DNA from: Gemmatimonadales bacterium
GTDB taxonomy: Bacteria; Gemmatimonadota; Gemmatimonadetes; Gemmatimonadales; GWC2-71-9
DNA length: 64,000 nucleotides
Direction of reading: 5' to 3'
Assembly (NCBI GenBank): GCA_036500345.1
Contig: DASYCE010000031.1
Coordinates: 98,728 to 162,727 of the forward strand
This document shows, one piece after another, positions 10,101-18,234 of the stretch. The notes beneath the pieces were generated by a model, which was given only the letters and a program-made list of their open reading frames with translations, had not been told where the DNA came from and ran no database searches. Position numbers and translations under genes: made by a program. Numbering within the stretch: position 1 is the first letter of the stretch; each line of letters opens with the position of its first letter.

Positions 10101-10196
10101 CAGCGGAAGCTTGCCGAACGCCACGGCACCCGACACGAAGATCCCGGCTGCAATCGCCCAGAGGACGGCGGGACGATGTGCCGCCCAGCGAATCAT
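7173..10196 (-). CDS. RND efflux transporter permease subunit (second of two tandem RND genes)
   Basis: 1007 aa. N-terminus MIRWAAHRPAVLWAIAAGIFVSGAVAFGKLPL...FPRLQV. 12-TM/large-loop organisation typical of the AcrB/MdtC family. ATGA overlap with the upstream RND gene at 10193..10196. Confidence 0.9.
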   Translation of the reverse strand: MIRWAAHRPAVLWAIAAGIFVSGAVAFGKLPLATRSTIEFPRLQVNASFPGASPELIETYLTAPIEGVVQGVRGVRRTSSTSEEGASTVTVDLDPGADITLARLGILERIQTLKRDLPAQANVSVSNWVPKDLQQQPLLEVNVVGPYTPGALARVVRDILEPKLSSIPGIAGVNENGGADNRITVEYDPTLLHQLNIQPTALSTALASARQVQALGEIRRGSLAMSVSIHDQPHLVADLARLPVIAPGGRTFSLGQVAAIRPEEDANGQFYRLNGQTAVSISLYREPGADAIRTAALARAALPGLKALVPPGVRLRVNSDESEDLAHELDDLVTRGAIAFASVFLVLLLSLRSGPRALLVIGSAAVAIAGAALSLYLMHIPANLLTLAGLGMGVGILVQNGLVVVERLRAARNTPDGRADAGARIAPAVLGSTLTTTVVLLPFLYLQGNTRAAFAPFAIAFALALFWSVGTSLVFVPAVGRGEEGRALGWPRLGRLYERMVAATLRWRYLTLGLTVVALAVLTWGFIKKVPRVDWGRDFGAPRTTITASVGFPRGSDPAAVEHIISELEADAVGQPGVALVRSTGNRRNGNVNVEFTAEGSASDAPWVVSDKLTERAVLVGGTDNVSVSKPEGPGFYSSSGGSGSVSRRITILGYSYEGVLQMALDLKARLERIPRVRDVDVNGGNSYGSEHAVSVSLAPDRTALGRIGASAQDYSNSVSRQIRGISGSTTLQEGDDEVEVLLRAAGASERDIGQLSDALVSNPRGVPTRIGDVSTVGEVVGLSEIDRRDQQYVRTLTYDFRGPQKLADRVHKAFMNSITTPPGYTVADETYNYQADESAKGLNRVFALGIILVLLAVAIVFNSVWAAAMVLLALPMALGGVIAAFWFTHTAFTRQAAVGVILVVGLAVNHSILLIDAALQSRRSGTWLTFGDALHAATDRVTMIVLVTLTTLASLIPMAVGTKSDSIFGAIALATAGGTIAGTLGVMFVMPAMLMGLARSNARRSA

Positions 10197-13100
10197 GCCG
10201 GCTCCGCCACCGATGCGACGGCCACCGTCTTCCGCGCCTTGCTCCGTTCGATCATCGCATACAGAGCCGGCATCAGGAAGAAGGTCACCGCGAGCTGCGT
10301 CACCGACCCACCGAGCACCGCGGCGCCGAGCGGCTGGTAGAGGGCGCCGCCACTGCCGAGGTTGAGGACGAGCGGGATGACGCCGGCGATTGCGGTGAAC
10401 GTCGTCATCGTGATGGCGCGGAGTCGCTTGTGTCCGCCGCGAAGGACCGCTTCATCGATCGGATAGCCGAGGTCGCGGTAGCGGTGGATCGCGTCAAGCT
10501 TGACGACCGCTTCGTTGTCGGCCATCCCGATCATCACCACTATACCAATCAATGAGACAGCGTTGAGCGACTGCCCGGTAAGCCAGAGGAGGATCACGCT
10601 CCCCGCGCCGGCGATCGGTACGGTGGTCATGATGATCAGCGGCGAGGTGAATGAGGAGAACTCACCGGCGAGGACGAGGAACATCAGCGCCGCGGAGAGA
10701 ACGGCGACGAGGGAGAGCTGCTTCGTCGTCTTGCGCTGCTCCTGGTCGGCGCCGGTGATCTGCCATTCCACCCCCGGCGCGAGAGTGAGCTTCGAGACCG
10801 CCTTGTCGACGGCGTCCGACGCGCGCGCCGTGCCGCCGCGTTCGACCACCGCCTCGACGACGGAGACCGGCCGCTGGTCGACGCGGACCACTTCCACCGG
10901 TGCACGCGTCTCCTCGACGGAGACGAGTTCGCCGAGAGGAACACCCTGCACCGTCGACGCGAGCGCCGTCTGAAGATTCTCGTTGGCACTCCCGGCGTAG
11001 CGGACCCGGATCGGTGTGCGACGATCGGTCTCACGGAGGTCGCTCGCCTGCACCCCGCCCAGCGCGCCTTGCAGCGAGTTGAGTACCGCGCTGATCGGGA
11101 GCCCTCGGCGCGCGATCCGGTCGCGCAGCAGCGACACCTCCATGATCGGCTCGGTCCCGGTGAAGGCGTCGCGCACATCGGCGAGGTCGGGGACCGTAGC
11201 GACCGCGGCACGCACCTGGGCTGCCGCGCGCTCTGCATCGCCATCCTTCTGCGCGGAGACCTCGACACGAACGGTGCGCCCTTCACGCCCGATCAGCGAA
11301 CCAAACTCCGATTGCCCGGCGAGGTCGATCGCCAGCGCGCCCTGCGCGAGATCGGGGACCGCTCGGCGCAGGCGGTCCGCGAACGCCGGCGCGTTGGTTC
11401 CGTGGGGGACCGGAAAGACGAACATCGCCGTCGCCGGCGAGCCGGGCTCTGCGCCGCTCAGCACTTCCTCGTCGCTCGCCGACCCGATCCTGGCGTAGGT
11501 GCCGACGCTGCCGAGCGATGCGGCGGCCGCCTGCAGCCGCCCCGCCTGACGAATCGTCTCCTCGATCGCAGTCGCCGGCGGGAGGCGCAGTTCTGCGGTC
11601 ACGCTCCCCTCGTCGACCTGCGGCAGGATCTCGCGCGGCAGGTGGACGAGGAGATAAACGGTGAACGCGACGCATACCACCGCCATCGCTATCACGCGTC
11701 CCGGATAGCGGAGCGACCAGGTGAGGCCCACTTCGTAGACCCGCGTGAGCCGGAACCCGACGCGGTCGAGAAAGGAGGCATTAGCCGGAAGCGCGTGCAT
11801 GTGTGGCTGGTGCGCCATTTCGGGGCGCCAGCGTTCGTCGGCGTGGTCCTCGGCGTTGGCCTTGTCATCCCGAGCGACCGGCCCTGAGCCTGTCGAAGGG
11901 CGAGGGACCGGGTCGCTCTTCTTCCGCCCCCACAATGTCAGCACCGGCATCAGCGTCAGCGCCAGCACCAGCGACGCCATCAGCGTCACCACCACCGAAA
12001 TCGACAGGTCACGAAAGAGCGCCGCCGACAGCCCCTGCACGAAGACGATCGGCCCGAAGACGAGCGCAGTGGTGAGCGTCCCGGCGATCAGTGGCGCCGC
12101 AACTTCGTCAGTCGCGACGCGTGCCGATTCGCGCGTCCCTTCGCCGAGATCGCGACCCCGCTCGGTCGCCTCGGCCACCACGATACTGTTGTCGACCAAC
12201 ATCCCGACGGCGAGTGCGAGTCCGCCGAGGGAGAAGATGTTGATCGTGACATGGAAGAGCTGCATCAGCGTGAGCGACACGAAGACCGACAGCGGCACCA
12301 TCACGCCGATCGCGAGCGACATCCGCACGTCGCGCAGGAAGAGGACGATGATCAGGATCGAGAGGATCCCGCCGACGACGATCTCCTGCCAGAGGTTGGA
12401 GAGTGCCGCGCTGACGAACTTTGCCTGCGCCGCGACGATGCGGACGTGTACATCGGGGAACTGCTTCGCCAAGAGATCGAGGGTCTTCTGCAATTCTGCC
12501 GTGACGGCGACGGTATTGGAACCGGCGTCCTTGTAGACAACGAGCCCGATCGCGGCCTTCCCGTCGAGGCGCACCACGGTGCGCGGGTCGGCACTCGCCG
12601 GAGTCACCGTGGCGATATCGGAGAGCTTGATCCCCTGCGCCGCCGGGCCGACCGGGACGTCGCGGATCTGCGCCGGGTCCTGCAATTCGGTGAGCGTTCG
12701 CACCGAAAAACGGAACTGGCCGCGGCGCACGGTGCCGCCATTGTCGATCGCATTGGCGTTGCTGATCGCGGTGGCGACGTCGTCGGGGGTGATTCCCAGC
12801 GCTCGGGCGCGATCGGGATCGACATCGACGCGGATTTCGTCGGTCGGGTCACCGACGACCGCGACGCTCGCGACGCCGGCGATCTGCTCGAGGCGCCGAG
12901 CGTGGACATCCTGGCCGGTGCGCGCGATGGCGCGGAGGTCACCGGGACCGGTGAGCGCCAGGACTGCGATCGGCCGCTCACCGGGGTCCGAGGTCAGCAG
13001 CGTCGGCCGGTCGACGCCGGTGGGAAACGATGTGGATGCGTTGTCGAGGTGCTCGCGCACGGCGAGGACCGTCTTCGCCATGTCGGTCCCCCACGCGAAC

Positions 13101-13381
13101 TGCAGCGTGGTGTTGTCCTCGCCGTTGCGACTGACCGAGCGCATGCCGGTGAGGCCGGGAATCGCGCCGATCGCCTTCTCGATCGGTTCGGCAACGAAGC
13201 GCGACACCTCTTCGGCAGCGGCTCCCTTATATACGGTGCGCACCGCGAGCACCGGCAGCGTGACGTCGGGGAGGAGCGACACCGGCATCTGCGAAATCGA
13301 CACCGCGCCCAGGAGGACGAGGGTCATCGTGGCGGCGATGGTGGTGACGGGGCGGCGGAGCGCCGCGGAGCTCAGCGACAT
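10193..13381 (-). CDS. RND efflux transporter permease subunit (first of two tandem RND genes)
   Basis: 1062 aa. LRRPVTTIAATMTLVLLGAVSISQMPVSLLPDVTLPVLAVRTVYKGAAAEEV is the canonical AcrB-family N-terminus. Contains an unusual inserted hydrophilic loop (KKSDPVPRPSTGSGPVARDDKANAEDHADERW). Confidence 0.9.
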   Translation of the reverse strand: MSLSSAALRRPVTTIAATMTLVLLGAVSISQMPVSLLPDVTLPVLAVRTVYKGAAAEEVSRFVAEPIEKAIGAIPGLTGMRSVSRNGEDNTTLQFAWGTDMAKTVLAVREHLDNASTSFPTGVDRPTLLTSDPGERPIAVLALTGPGDLRAIARTGQDVHARRLEQIAGVASVAVVGDPTDEIRVDVDPDRARALGITPDDVATAISNANAIDNGGTVRRGQFRFSVRTLTELQDPAQIRDVPVGPAAQGIKLSDIATVTPASADPRTVVRLDGKAAIGLVVYKDAGSNTVAVTAELQKTLDLLAKQFPDVHVRIVAAQAKFVSAALSNLWQEIVVGGILSILIIVLFLRDVRMSLAIGVMVPLSVFVSLTLMQLFHVTINIFSLGGLALAVGMLVDNSIVVAEATERGRDLGEGTRESARVATDEVAAPLIAGTLTTALVFGPIVFVQGLSAALFRDLSISVVVTLMASLVLALTLMPVLTLWGRKKSDPVPRPSTGSGPVARDDKANAEDHADERWRPEMAHQPHMHALPANASFLDRVGFRLTRVYEVGLTWSLRYPGRVIAMAVVCVAFTVYLLVHLPREILPQVDEGSVTAELRLPPATAIEETIRQAGRLQAAAASLGSVGTYARIGSASDEEVLSGAEPGSPATAMFVFPVPHGTNAPAFADRLRRAVPDLAQGALAIDLAGQSEFGSLIGREGRTVRVEVSAQKDGDAERAAAQVRAAVATVPDLADVRDAFTGTEPIMEVSLLRDRIARRGLPISAVLNSLQGALGGVQASDLRETDRRTPIRVRYAGSANENLQTALASTVQGVPLGELVSVEETRAPVEVVRVDQRPVSVVEAVVERGGTARASDAVDKAVSKLTLAPGVEWQITGADQEQRKTTKQLSLVAVLSAALMFLVLAGEFSSFTSPLIIMTTVPIAGAGSVILLWLTGQSLNAVSLIGIVVMIGMADNEAVVKLDAIHRYRDLGYPIDEAVLRGGHKRLRAITMTTFTAIAGVIPLVLNLGSGGALYQPLGAAVLGGSVTQLAVTFFLMPALYAMIERSKARKTVAVASVAEPA

Positions 13382-13394
13382 GTGAGCGGGGCCG

Positions 13395-14531
13395 TCAGGG
13401 CGTGTCGCCGGTGCGCTTCTTGATGAGCTGGATCGGCGCCTGGTGCGTGAGCGTCAGCTGGCCGTCGGTGAGGACGATGTCGCCCGGTTTGAGCGGGATC
13501 TGGCCGCTGGCGCTGTCGGGAAGGATTTCGGTGTCGATACCGTTGCTGCGCCCGGCATTCACATAGACCCACTGCGCCTGGCCGTTCTGCGCCACGAAGA
13601 CGAGCGGCCGATTGTCGCGTTCGATCACGGCGCGCGCGGGGACGAGAATCCGGTTCGGCAACCGGTTCGCCTCGAGCTTGATGTCGGCGTACATCCCGGG
13701 GCGGAGCGTGCCGTCGCCGGCGATCCGGATGATCGCGCGCCCCGCACGGGTCACGGTGTCGACAAGCGGCAGCAGTGCTGCGATGGTGCCGCGCACCGGC
13801 TTGTCGGGAAATGCGGCGATGGTGACCCACGCTTCGCCGCCGACGCGAAGGAGCGGGAGATCGTGCTCGAGGACCTGCGCTTCGACACGGAGGTCTTTCA
13901 TGTCGACAACAGTGGCGATGTCGGCGCCGGCGGAGATGTGATCGCCGACTGCAACTGATACGTTTTCGATCACGCCGTCGAACGGCGCGGTGATCACGGC
14001 GTGCTGGCGTGCCAGCGTCGCCTTGTCGAGGGCGACCTGCGCGCCGTCGACGCCGGTCGATGCGCGGACGAAGGCGCGCCGCTCGGGACGGATCTGTCCC
14101 TCGACGGTGGAATCGGTGTAGACCTGCGTGTTGTAGTTCACGATGTCGGCGTTGAGCGACGCCTGCGCAGCGCGCACATCGAGGTCGAGCGGTGTCGGAT
14201 CGAGCTTGGCGAGGATCTCGTTGCGGGTGACATGGTCGCCGGCGCGGATCGGCACTGCCTGCACCGTTCCGGTCGCCTCGGCCTTCACATCGGTGCGGGC
14301 GTCGGTGCGGATCTGCCCGGTGGCGTTGACGGTGAGGACGAGGTCGCCCTTGCGCACCGGCTCGCCGACGACGGGAAGGGCGAGGGTGCTGCCGGCCTTG
14401 GAGGAATCGACGGCGGCGGTGATCGGATCGCCGGTGGTTGAATCGTTCGCCTTCGACTTGCACGACGTCAGGGTCGCGGCGGTGGCGAGCGTGGCGGCGA
14501 TGGCGGCGTGCGGGAATCGCGAACCGATCAT
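13395..14531 (-). CDS. RND membrane fusion protein (HlyD/AcrA family lipoprotein)
   Basis: 378 aa. Lipobox-like ATLTSC. Barrel-sandwich/hairpin motifs (GTVQAVPIRAGDHVTRNEILAKLD, ITAPFDGVIENVSVAVGDHI). First gene of the efflux operon. Confidence 0.85.
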   Translation of the reverse strand: MIGSRFPHAAIAATLATAATLTSCKSKANDSTTGDPITAAVDSSKAGSTLALPVVGEPVRKGDLVLTVNATGQIRTDARTDVKAEATGTVQAVPIRAGDHVTRNEILAKLDPTPLDLDVRAAQASLNADIVNYNTQVYTDSTVEGQIRPERRAFVRASTGVDGAQVALDKATLARQHAVITAPFDGVIENVSVAVGDHISAGADIATVVDMKDLRVEAQVLEHDLPLLRVGGEAWVTIAAFPDKPVRGTIAALLPLVDTVTRAGRAIIRIAGDGTLRPGMYADIKLEANRLPNRILVPARAVIERDNRPLVFVAQNGQAQWVYVNAGRSNGIDTEILPDSASGQIPLKPGDIVLTDGQLTLTHQAPIQLIKKRTGDTP

Positions 14532-14693
14532 GGGACCTCGAAACGGGCGCAGTGACGGCGCAGCGTGAAGCGCGGCGCACGCGCCGAGCTCTGGCGGCGT
14601 CGACGGTATTCGCTGGAATCGCTGGTATCTGATAGATCGGTCGGAACGGCGCGGGATGCAAGGGGGAGAGACGCGCCGATCCAGCGATCGGTA

Positions 14694-15743
14694 CTACATA
14701 CTGCAATAGAGGATCCCGTCGACCCATCCAGGCGGTGTTGCATCGCCGATTCCTGCCACGCATGCATATGATGAGCCCTTGGCGAGCGCCGTCCCCACCC
14801 AGCCTCGCCGGCTGGTGGCCAGCACGCGCACGTCCGCCACTGGCGATGCTGCGAGCCCGAGCGAATCATCCGTCGACACATAGTGTCCGGCGCGGTCCTT
14901 CACCCGCTCGGCGGCCATCAGCGCCCGGAAGAGTGCGGAACGAGTGGCTGCGGCAGTCGGCGCAACCGGCGGCACCGGAGACGCACATGCCTCATGGGGC
15001 GCAGGGCGTTGCAGTGGCCGTGCCAGCGAAAAAAACTCGATCCGGTCGAGCGAGTCACTCGCCGAGACACCGAGAATGCCGGTCTCCGTGACCCTGAGCG
15101 GAGTAAACCCGACCGGCAGTTCGCTCTGGGCAATCCGCCGGCCATCGGCGGATGCTATCGCAAATACATGCCCTGCCAGCGGTGCGGACCAGAACAATGA
15201 TCCATCCTGCAGCGCAACGCGAACGGTGGTATCCGGGTAATGCGAGGCGAGTTGCCGGACGCAGGCGATCGCAGGAGCGTCCTCGACGCGTGACATAGTG
15301 CGGTTGACAAAGATTAGCCGACGGGACTGACTCCACTGATCCCCCTTCTGCATTACTCCCATCGGCGCGCCGGTCTTGCCATACCATTGCGTAGAACTCG
15401 TCGCAGGATCGTGCGCGCCCACAGAATCGCCGCTGGCAACGAGCTCAATGGTGACCGACTTTGCCTGAGCGCCTCCATCGATCGCGGTGCGGCGCACCAA
15501 CGCTCCGCTCCGGCGATAGACCCGGACCTCTCGCGGCATCGAGTACGCGATGGCAACCAGATCATTCCCGAGAAGTGCAGCATCGCTCACGCCGCTCGCG
15601 CTCGGCACGCCCCCCTTGGCGGAGGCGATGATCGACCACTGCGGATGCGTGGCGACCTTCCAGCTGGGTTGCTGCGCATCAAGCGACCCGAGATGGGTCC
15701 CCATGAGCATTCCAGCTGATGCGACGAATCGAACTCTGTTCAT
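14694..15743 (-). CDS. Hypothetical secreted protein, last gene of Cys-peptide/propeller cassette 1
   Basis: 349 aa with signal-like MNRVRFVASAGMLMGTHLGSLDAQQ. Its start overlaps the stop of the upstream propeller gene by 4 nt (15740..15743). No confident domain call. The C-terminus has a Cys pair (YACVAG...ILYC). Confidence 0.55.
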   Translation of the reverse strand: MNRVRFVASAGMLMGTHLGSLDAQQPSWKVATHPQWSIIASAKGGVPSASGVSDAALLGNDLVAIAYSMPREVRVYRRSGALVRRTAIDGGAQAKSVTIELVASGDSVGAHDPATSSTQWYGKTGAPMGVMQKGDQWSQSRRLIFVNRTMSRVEDAPAIACVRQLASHYPDTTVRVALQDGSLFWSAPLAGHVFAIASADGRRIAQSELPVGFTPLRVTETGILGVSASDSLDRIEFFSLARPLQRPAPHEACASPVPPVAPTAAATRSALFRALMAAERVKDRAGHYVSTDDSLGLAASPVADVRVLATSRRGWVGTALAKGSSYACVAGIGDATPPGWVDGILYCSM

Positions 15744-16888
15744 CGGGCTGCCTCCCTCACGCCGTTGCCGTCACCACGAATGAAACCACCGGTAGGCACC
15801 CAGTCGCATCCGGTTGGGGATACCACATACGAGTAAACGACCGATCGGACGCGATTCTGGCTGTTGACTTGTCGCGCCAGGACGCTCACCGTGTCGCCCC
15901 GAAAGAACGGGATCGGCGTGACATCTGTTTCAACCGGAAGTTCTGCGTCGACACACGCGTGATTGCCGTCCGGCGCGAGGAGTGCCAAATACGTTCGAAA
16001 CGCGCCGTATCGGCCGCCATGCCCGGCGGTACCGAGCATTTCCATGTCGACGTAGGCGATGAGGTAATTCCCGTCCGCCTGCCGATTGAGACCAGCTGAC
16101 GCCGATGCCAGCACCTGATTCGCATCGGTGGGTCGAAGCTTCTGTTGCCGCGCAACAAGATCGTCTGGCTGGCCCCGCCGCCGGGCTGCCGGGATCGGAA
16201 CGCTTCCCAACCACGCCCCGGCCGAATCCACAAAGTCGAGGCCGATTTCACCCGGCAGCAGCATCGCGAAGCCGGCGTCGTGAGGTGCAAGTTCCGAGAC
16301 GCCATACCCCATGAGCACGCCTGAGGCTCCGCGAAATCTCGTCGGCATCCGACCGATTGCATGAACGGAGTCGTGGGTCCATACCCATCGCCCCGCAATC
16401 CCCTCGGTCATGTGGAGGGCGAAGTACACAGTGTCGCCTTCGACCTGCCAGTCCTGACCAATGTCCTGCGCAGGTAGCGCTACCATTCGGTCAAAGCCGC
16501 CGGTCGACGCATCGAACACCTCCATTGCGTGCCGATTGACATCGACCACCGCCAGCAGCGAGTCGTGGGCGACCAGATGCAGCGGTCCGGGAAGCTGGAA
16601 TTCCCCGGGCCCACTCCCCGGCTTGCCAACGACACCAGCGAAGGCGCCGTTGCCACGAAAGTGCAGGACTCTCCGCGATTGCATGTCATTGACGAAATAG
16701 TCGCCGCGACCCGAATGCGCGACAAAGGCCGTGTACGCACCAAGCGGCATGGAGTCAGGGTCCTGCAGGACAACCGAATCGACCAGAGTGACCGTTGCGC
16801 CACGGCTGGATTTCGGCACTCGACGAATATGCGAGTCACCGTGGCACCCCATCACGACCACCACGGCGACCACGGTACGAAGACGCAT
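15740..16888 (-). CDS. 6-bladed beta-propeller family lipoprotein (TolB-like/NHL-like propeller)
   Basis: ORF-track entry 15740..17059 trimmed to ATG at 16888 (MRLRTVVAVVVVMGCHGD, lipobox). Family hallmark VVGKPGSGPGEFQLPG is shared with the proteins at 22090..23223 and 47986..49200. Confidence 0.65.
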   Translation of the reverse strand: MRLRTVVAVVVVMGCHGDSHIRRVPKSSRGATVTLVDSVVLQDPDSMPLGAYTAFVAHSGRGDYFVNDMQSRRVLHFRGNGAFAGVVGKPGSGPGEFQLPGPLHLVAHDSLLAVVDVNRHAMEVFDASTGGFDRMVALPAQDIGQDWQVEGDTVYFALHMTEGIAGRWVWTHDSVHAIGRMPTRFRGASGVLMGYGVSELAPHDAGFAMLLPGEIGLDFVDSAGAWLGSVPIPAARRRGQPDDLVARQQKLRPTDANQVLASASAGLNRQADGNYLIAYVDMEMLGTAGHGGRYGAFRTYLALLAPDGNHACVDAELPVETDVTPIPFFRGDTVSVLARQVNSQNRVRSVVYSYVVSPTGCDWVPTGGFIRGDGNGVREAAR

Positions 16889-17001
16889 TGCGTGATCCAG
16901 GAGGAAGTTCCAGCGCTGGTGTCGGAGAAACCCGGGTGTCACAACATAGCAACCAACCGCCTGGCGCACACCTCGAGCGAGGTGTGCGCCAGGCCATCTA
17001 C

Positions 17002-17214
17002 TTACTGAAAGCAGTTGCACTTGCAGTCCGGATTGGTCTCGCATCCGGCGAGGTCCCAATCACAGACCCATACGCAGTCCTGAAATCCGAACACACCGAC
17101 CCAGTGAGTTTGCCGTGTGGTATCGGCGTGCGCCCGCGGCATGTGGCCCGCACCAAACACCAACATCGCTGCGACCGCCGCTGCGCCGAACCATCCGCTG
17201 CTCTTACGTGTCAT
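17002..17214 (-). CDS. Small secreted six-cysteine peptide (70-aa precursor)
   Basis: Trimmed to ATG at 17214, preceded on the minus strand by GGAGGACGCA-ATG (strong SD). MTRKSSGWFGAAAVAAMLVFGAGHMPRAHA is signal-like. The predicted mature part DTTRQTHWVGVFGFQDCVWVCDWDLAGCETNPDCKCNCFQ has 6 Cys in the last 25 residues. Confidence 0.55.
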   Translation of the reverse strand: MTRKSSGWFGAAAVAAMLVFGAGHMPRAHADTTRQTHWVGVFGFQDCVWVCDWDLAGCETNPDCKCNCFQ

Positions 17215-17704
17215 TGCGTCCTCCGGGAATGGGGTTGGATGAATCACCAACGGGGGGAAGGTGGAACAACTGGCGGAGAAACGGTCGCGCTTCCGAGACC
17301 GTGACCGGTTTCGCAAAATGTCCACGGACGAATGGCAGTACTGCAGGTGAATCACTATGGATGACCAATGAGCGTCCTGCGATCACTGCGTCCGGAACCT
17401 CATGCTGAAGCGCCAGTTGCCGGCGTTCATAGTCCGTTGGCGGCCTCGACAGCACGAAAGCGACCGCCCCGGGATGCCGACGGCGCGCTTGCAGCAGGGA
17501 GTAGAGCGGACGATCGCAGCTGAGGCAGTCAGCCGGATCGACGACGACGATCGCGAACGCATCCGTATCGGTAACCACGGCCTGGAGCACTCGCCCATCG
17601 ACCAGCCGCGTGCTTGCCACCGATCGCGACCGTCCGCAAGACCACGCAGCACACACCACGGCCGCCCCGAGTGCAATTTTCCGCAGCGCTGATTGTGATC
17701 GCAT
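17204..17704 (-). CDS. Thioredoxin-fold-like CxxC protein with signal peptide/possible lipobox
   Basis: 166 aa. MRSQSALRKIALGAAVVCAAWSCG is signal-like. AIVVVDPADCLSCDRPLYSLL has the beta1-CxxC-alpha1 arrangement of TlpA/redoxin-type proteins. 11-nt overlap with the Cys-peptide gene. The domain call is tentative. Confidence 0.5.
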   Translation of the reverse strand: MRSQSALRKIALGAAVVCAAWSCGRSRSVASTRLVDGRVLQAVVTDTDAFAIVVVDPADCLSCDRPLYSLLQARRRHPGAVAFVLSRPPTDYERRQLALQHEVPDAVIAGRSLVIHSDSPAVLPFVRGHFAKPVTVSEARPFLRQLFHLPPVGDSSNPIPGGRNDT

Positions 17705-17900
17705 GGTAGCAGATTCGGAAAGGATTGCAAATCATGCAATACTCCAACTTTGCAATGCCCCAGTTGGTCTCTTCCCTATGGCCGGGGCTGGCGCGGTCCA
17801 ATCGTCGGTCCCATACTAGATCGAGCCCATTTCAGCCCGGGTCATGGAGGAGCCGATGGTTGTCAACGGCCGGCGCGCTCAAATCGAGGGGAGTCCAATT

Positions 17901-18209
17901 ATGCGTAACTTGCGCACGGAGGAATTGCCACATCTGCCAATGTGGTTGACATGCGATGAACTCAACTATGTATGCGACCAGCTTAACTGCATGACTCATC
18001 AGCAACGTCGCATTTTCGCGCACTACGCGGCGTTTTACGTCGCAAAGGAAATTGCCGAAGCATTGGGCCTATCAAGCACCACGGTCCGACGGTATACGGC
18101 GGCGATGGTCAAACGGGCCCCGGGGTGCAGCGGAGTACGAGGCCTGATGCAAAACGCGCTTAGACTTCTGGTCGCCCGTAATCACGATGAATTCGACGCA
18201 ACTTGCTGA
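17901..18209 (+). CDS. Small HTH regulator (LuxR/GerE- or sigma-70 region-4-like)
   Basis: ORF 17844..18209. I prefer the ATG at 17901 because GAGGGGAG lies 8-15 nt upstream. HTH segment: THQQRRIFAHYAAFYVAKEIAEALGLSSTTVRRYTAAMVKR. Sits in a visibly lower-GC patch, divergent from cassette 1. Confidence 0.55.
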   Translation: MRNLRTEELPHLPMWLTCDELNYVCDQLNCMTHQQRRIFAHYAAFYVAKEIAEALGLSSTTVRRYTAAMVKRAPGCSGVRGLMQNALRLLVARNHDEFDATC

Positions 18210-18234
18210 AACAAGCAGACAACGGCTATCGCAG

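Noticed and set aside
14610-14625. Tandem TCGCTGG-AA-TCGCTGG upstream of the efflux operon, considered as a response-regulator binding site
   Set aside because: There are only two 7-mers with a 9-nt period (not helically phased) and no regulator gene nearby. This is indistinguishable from chance.
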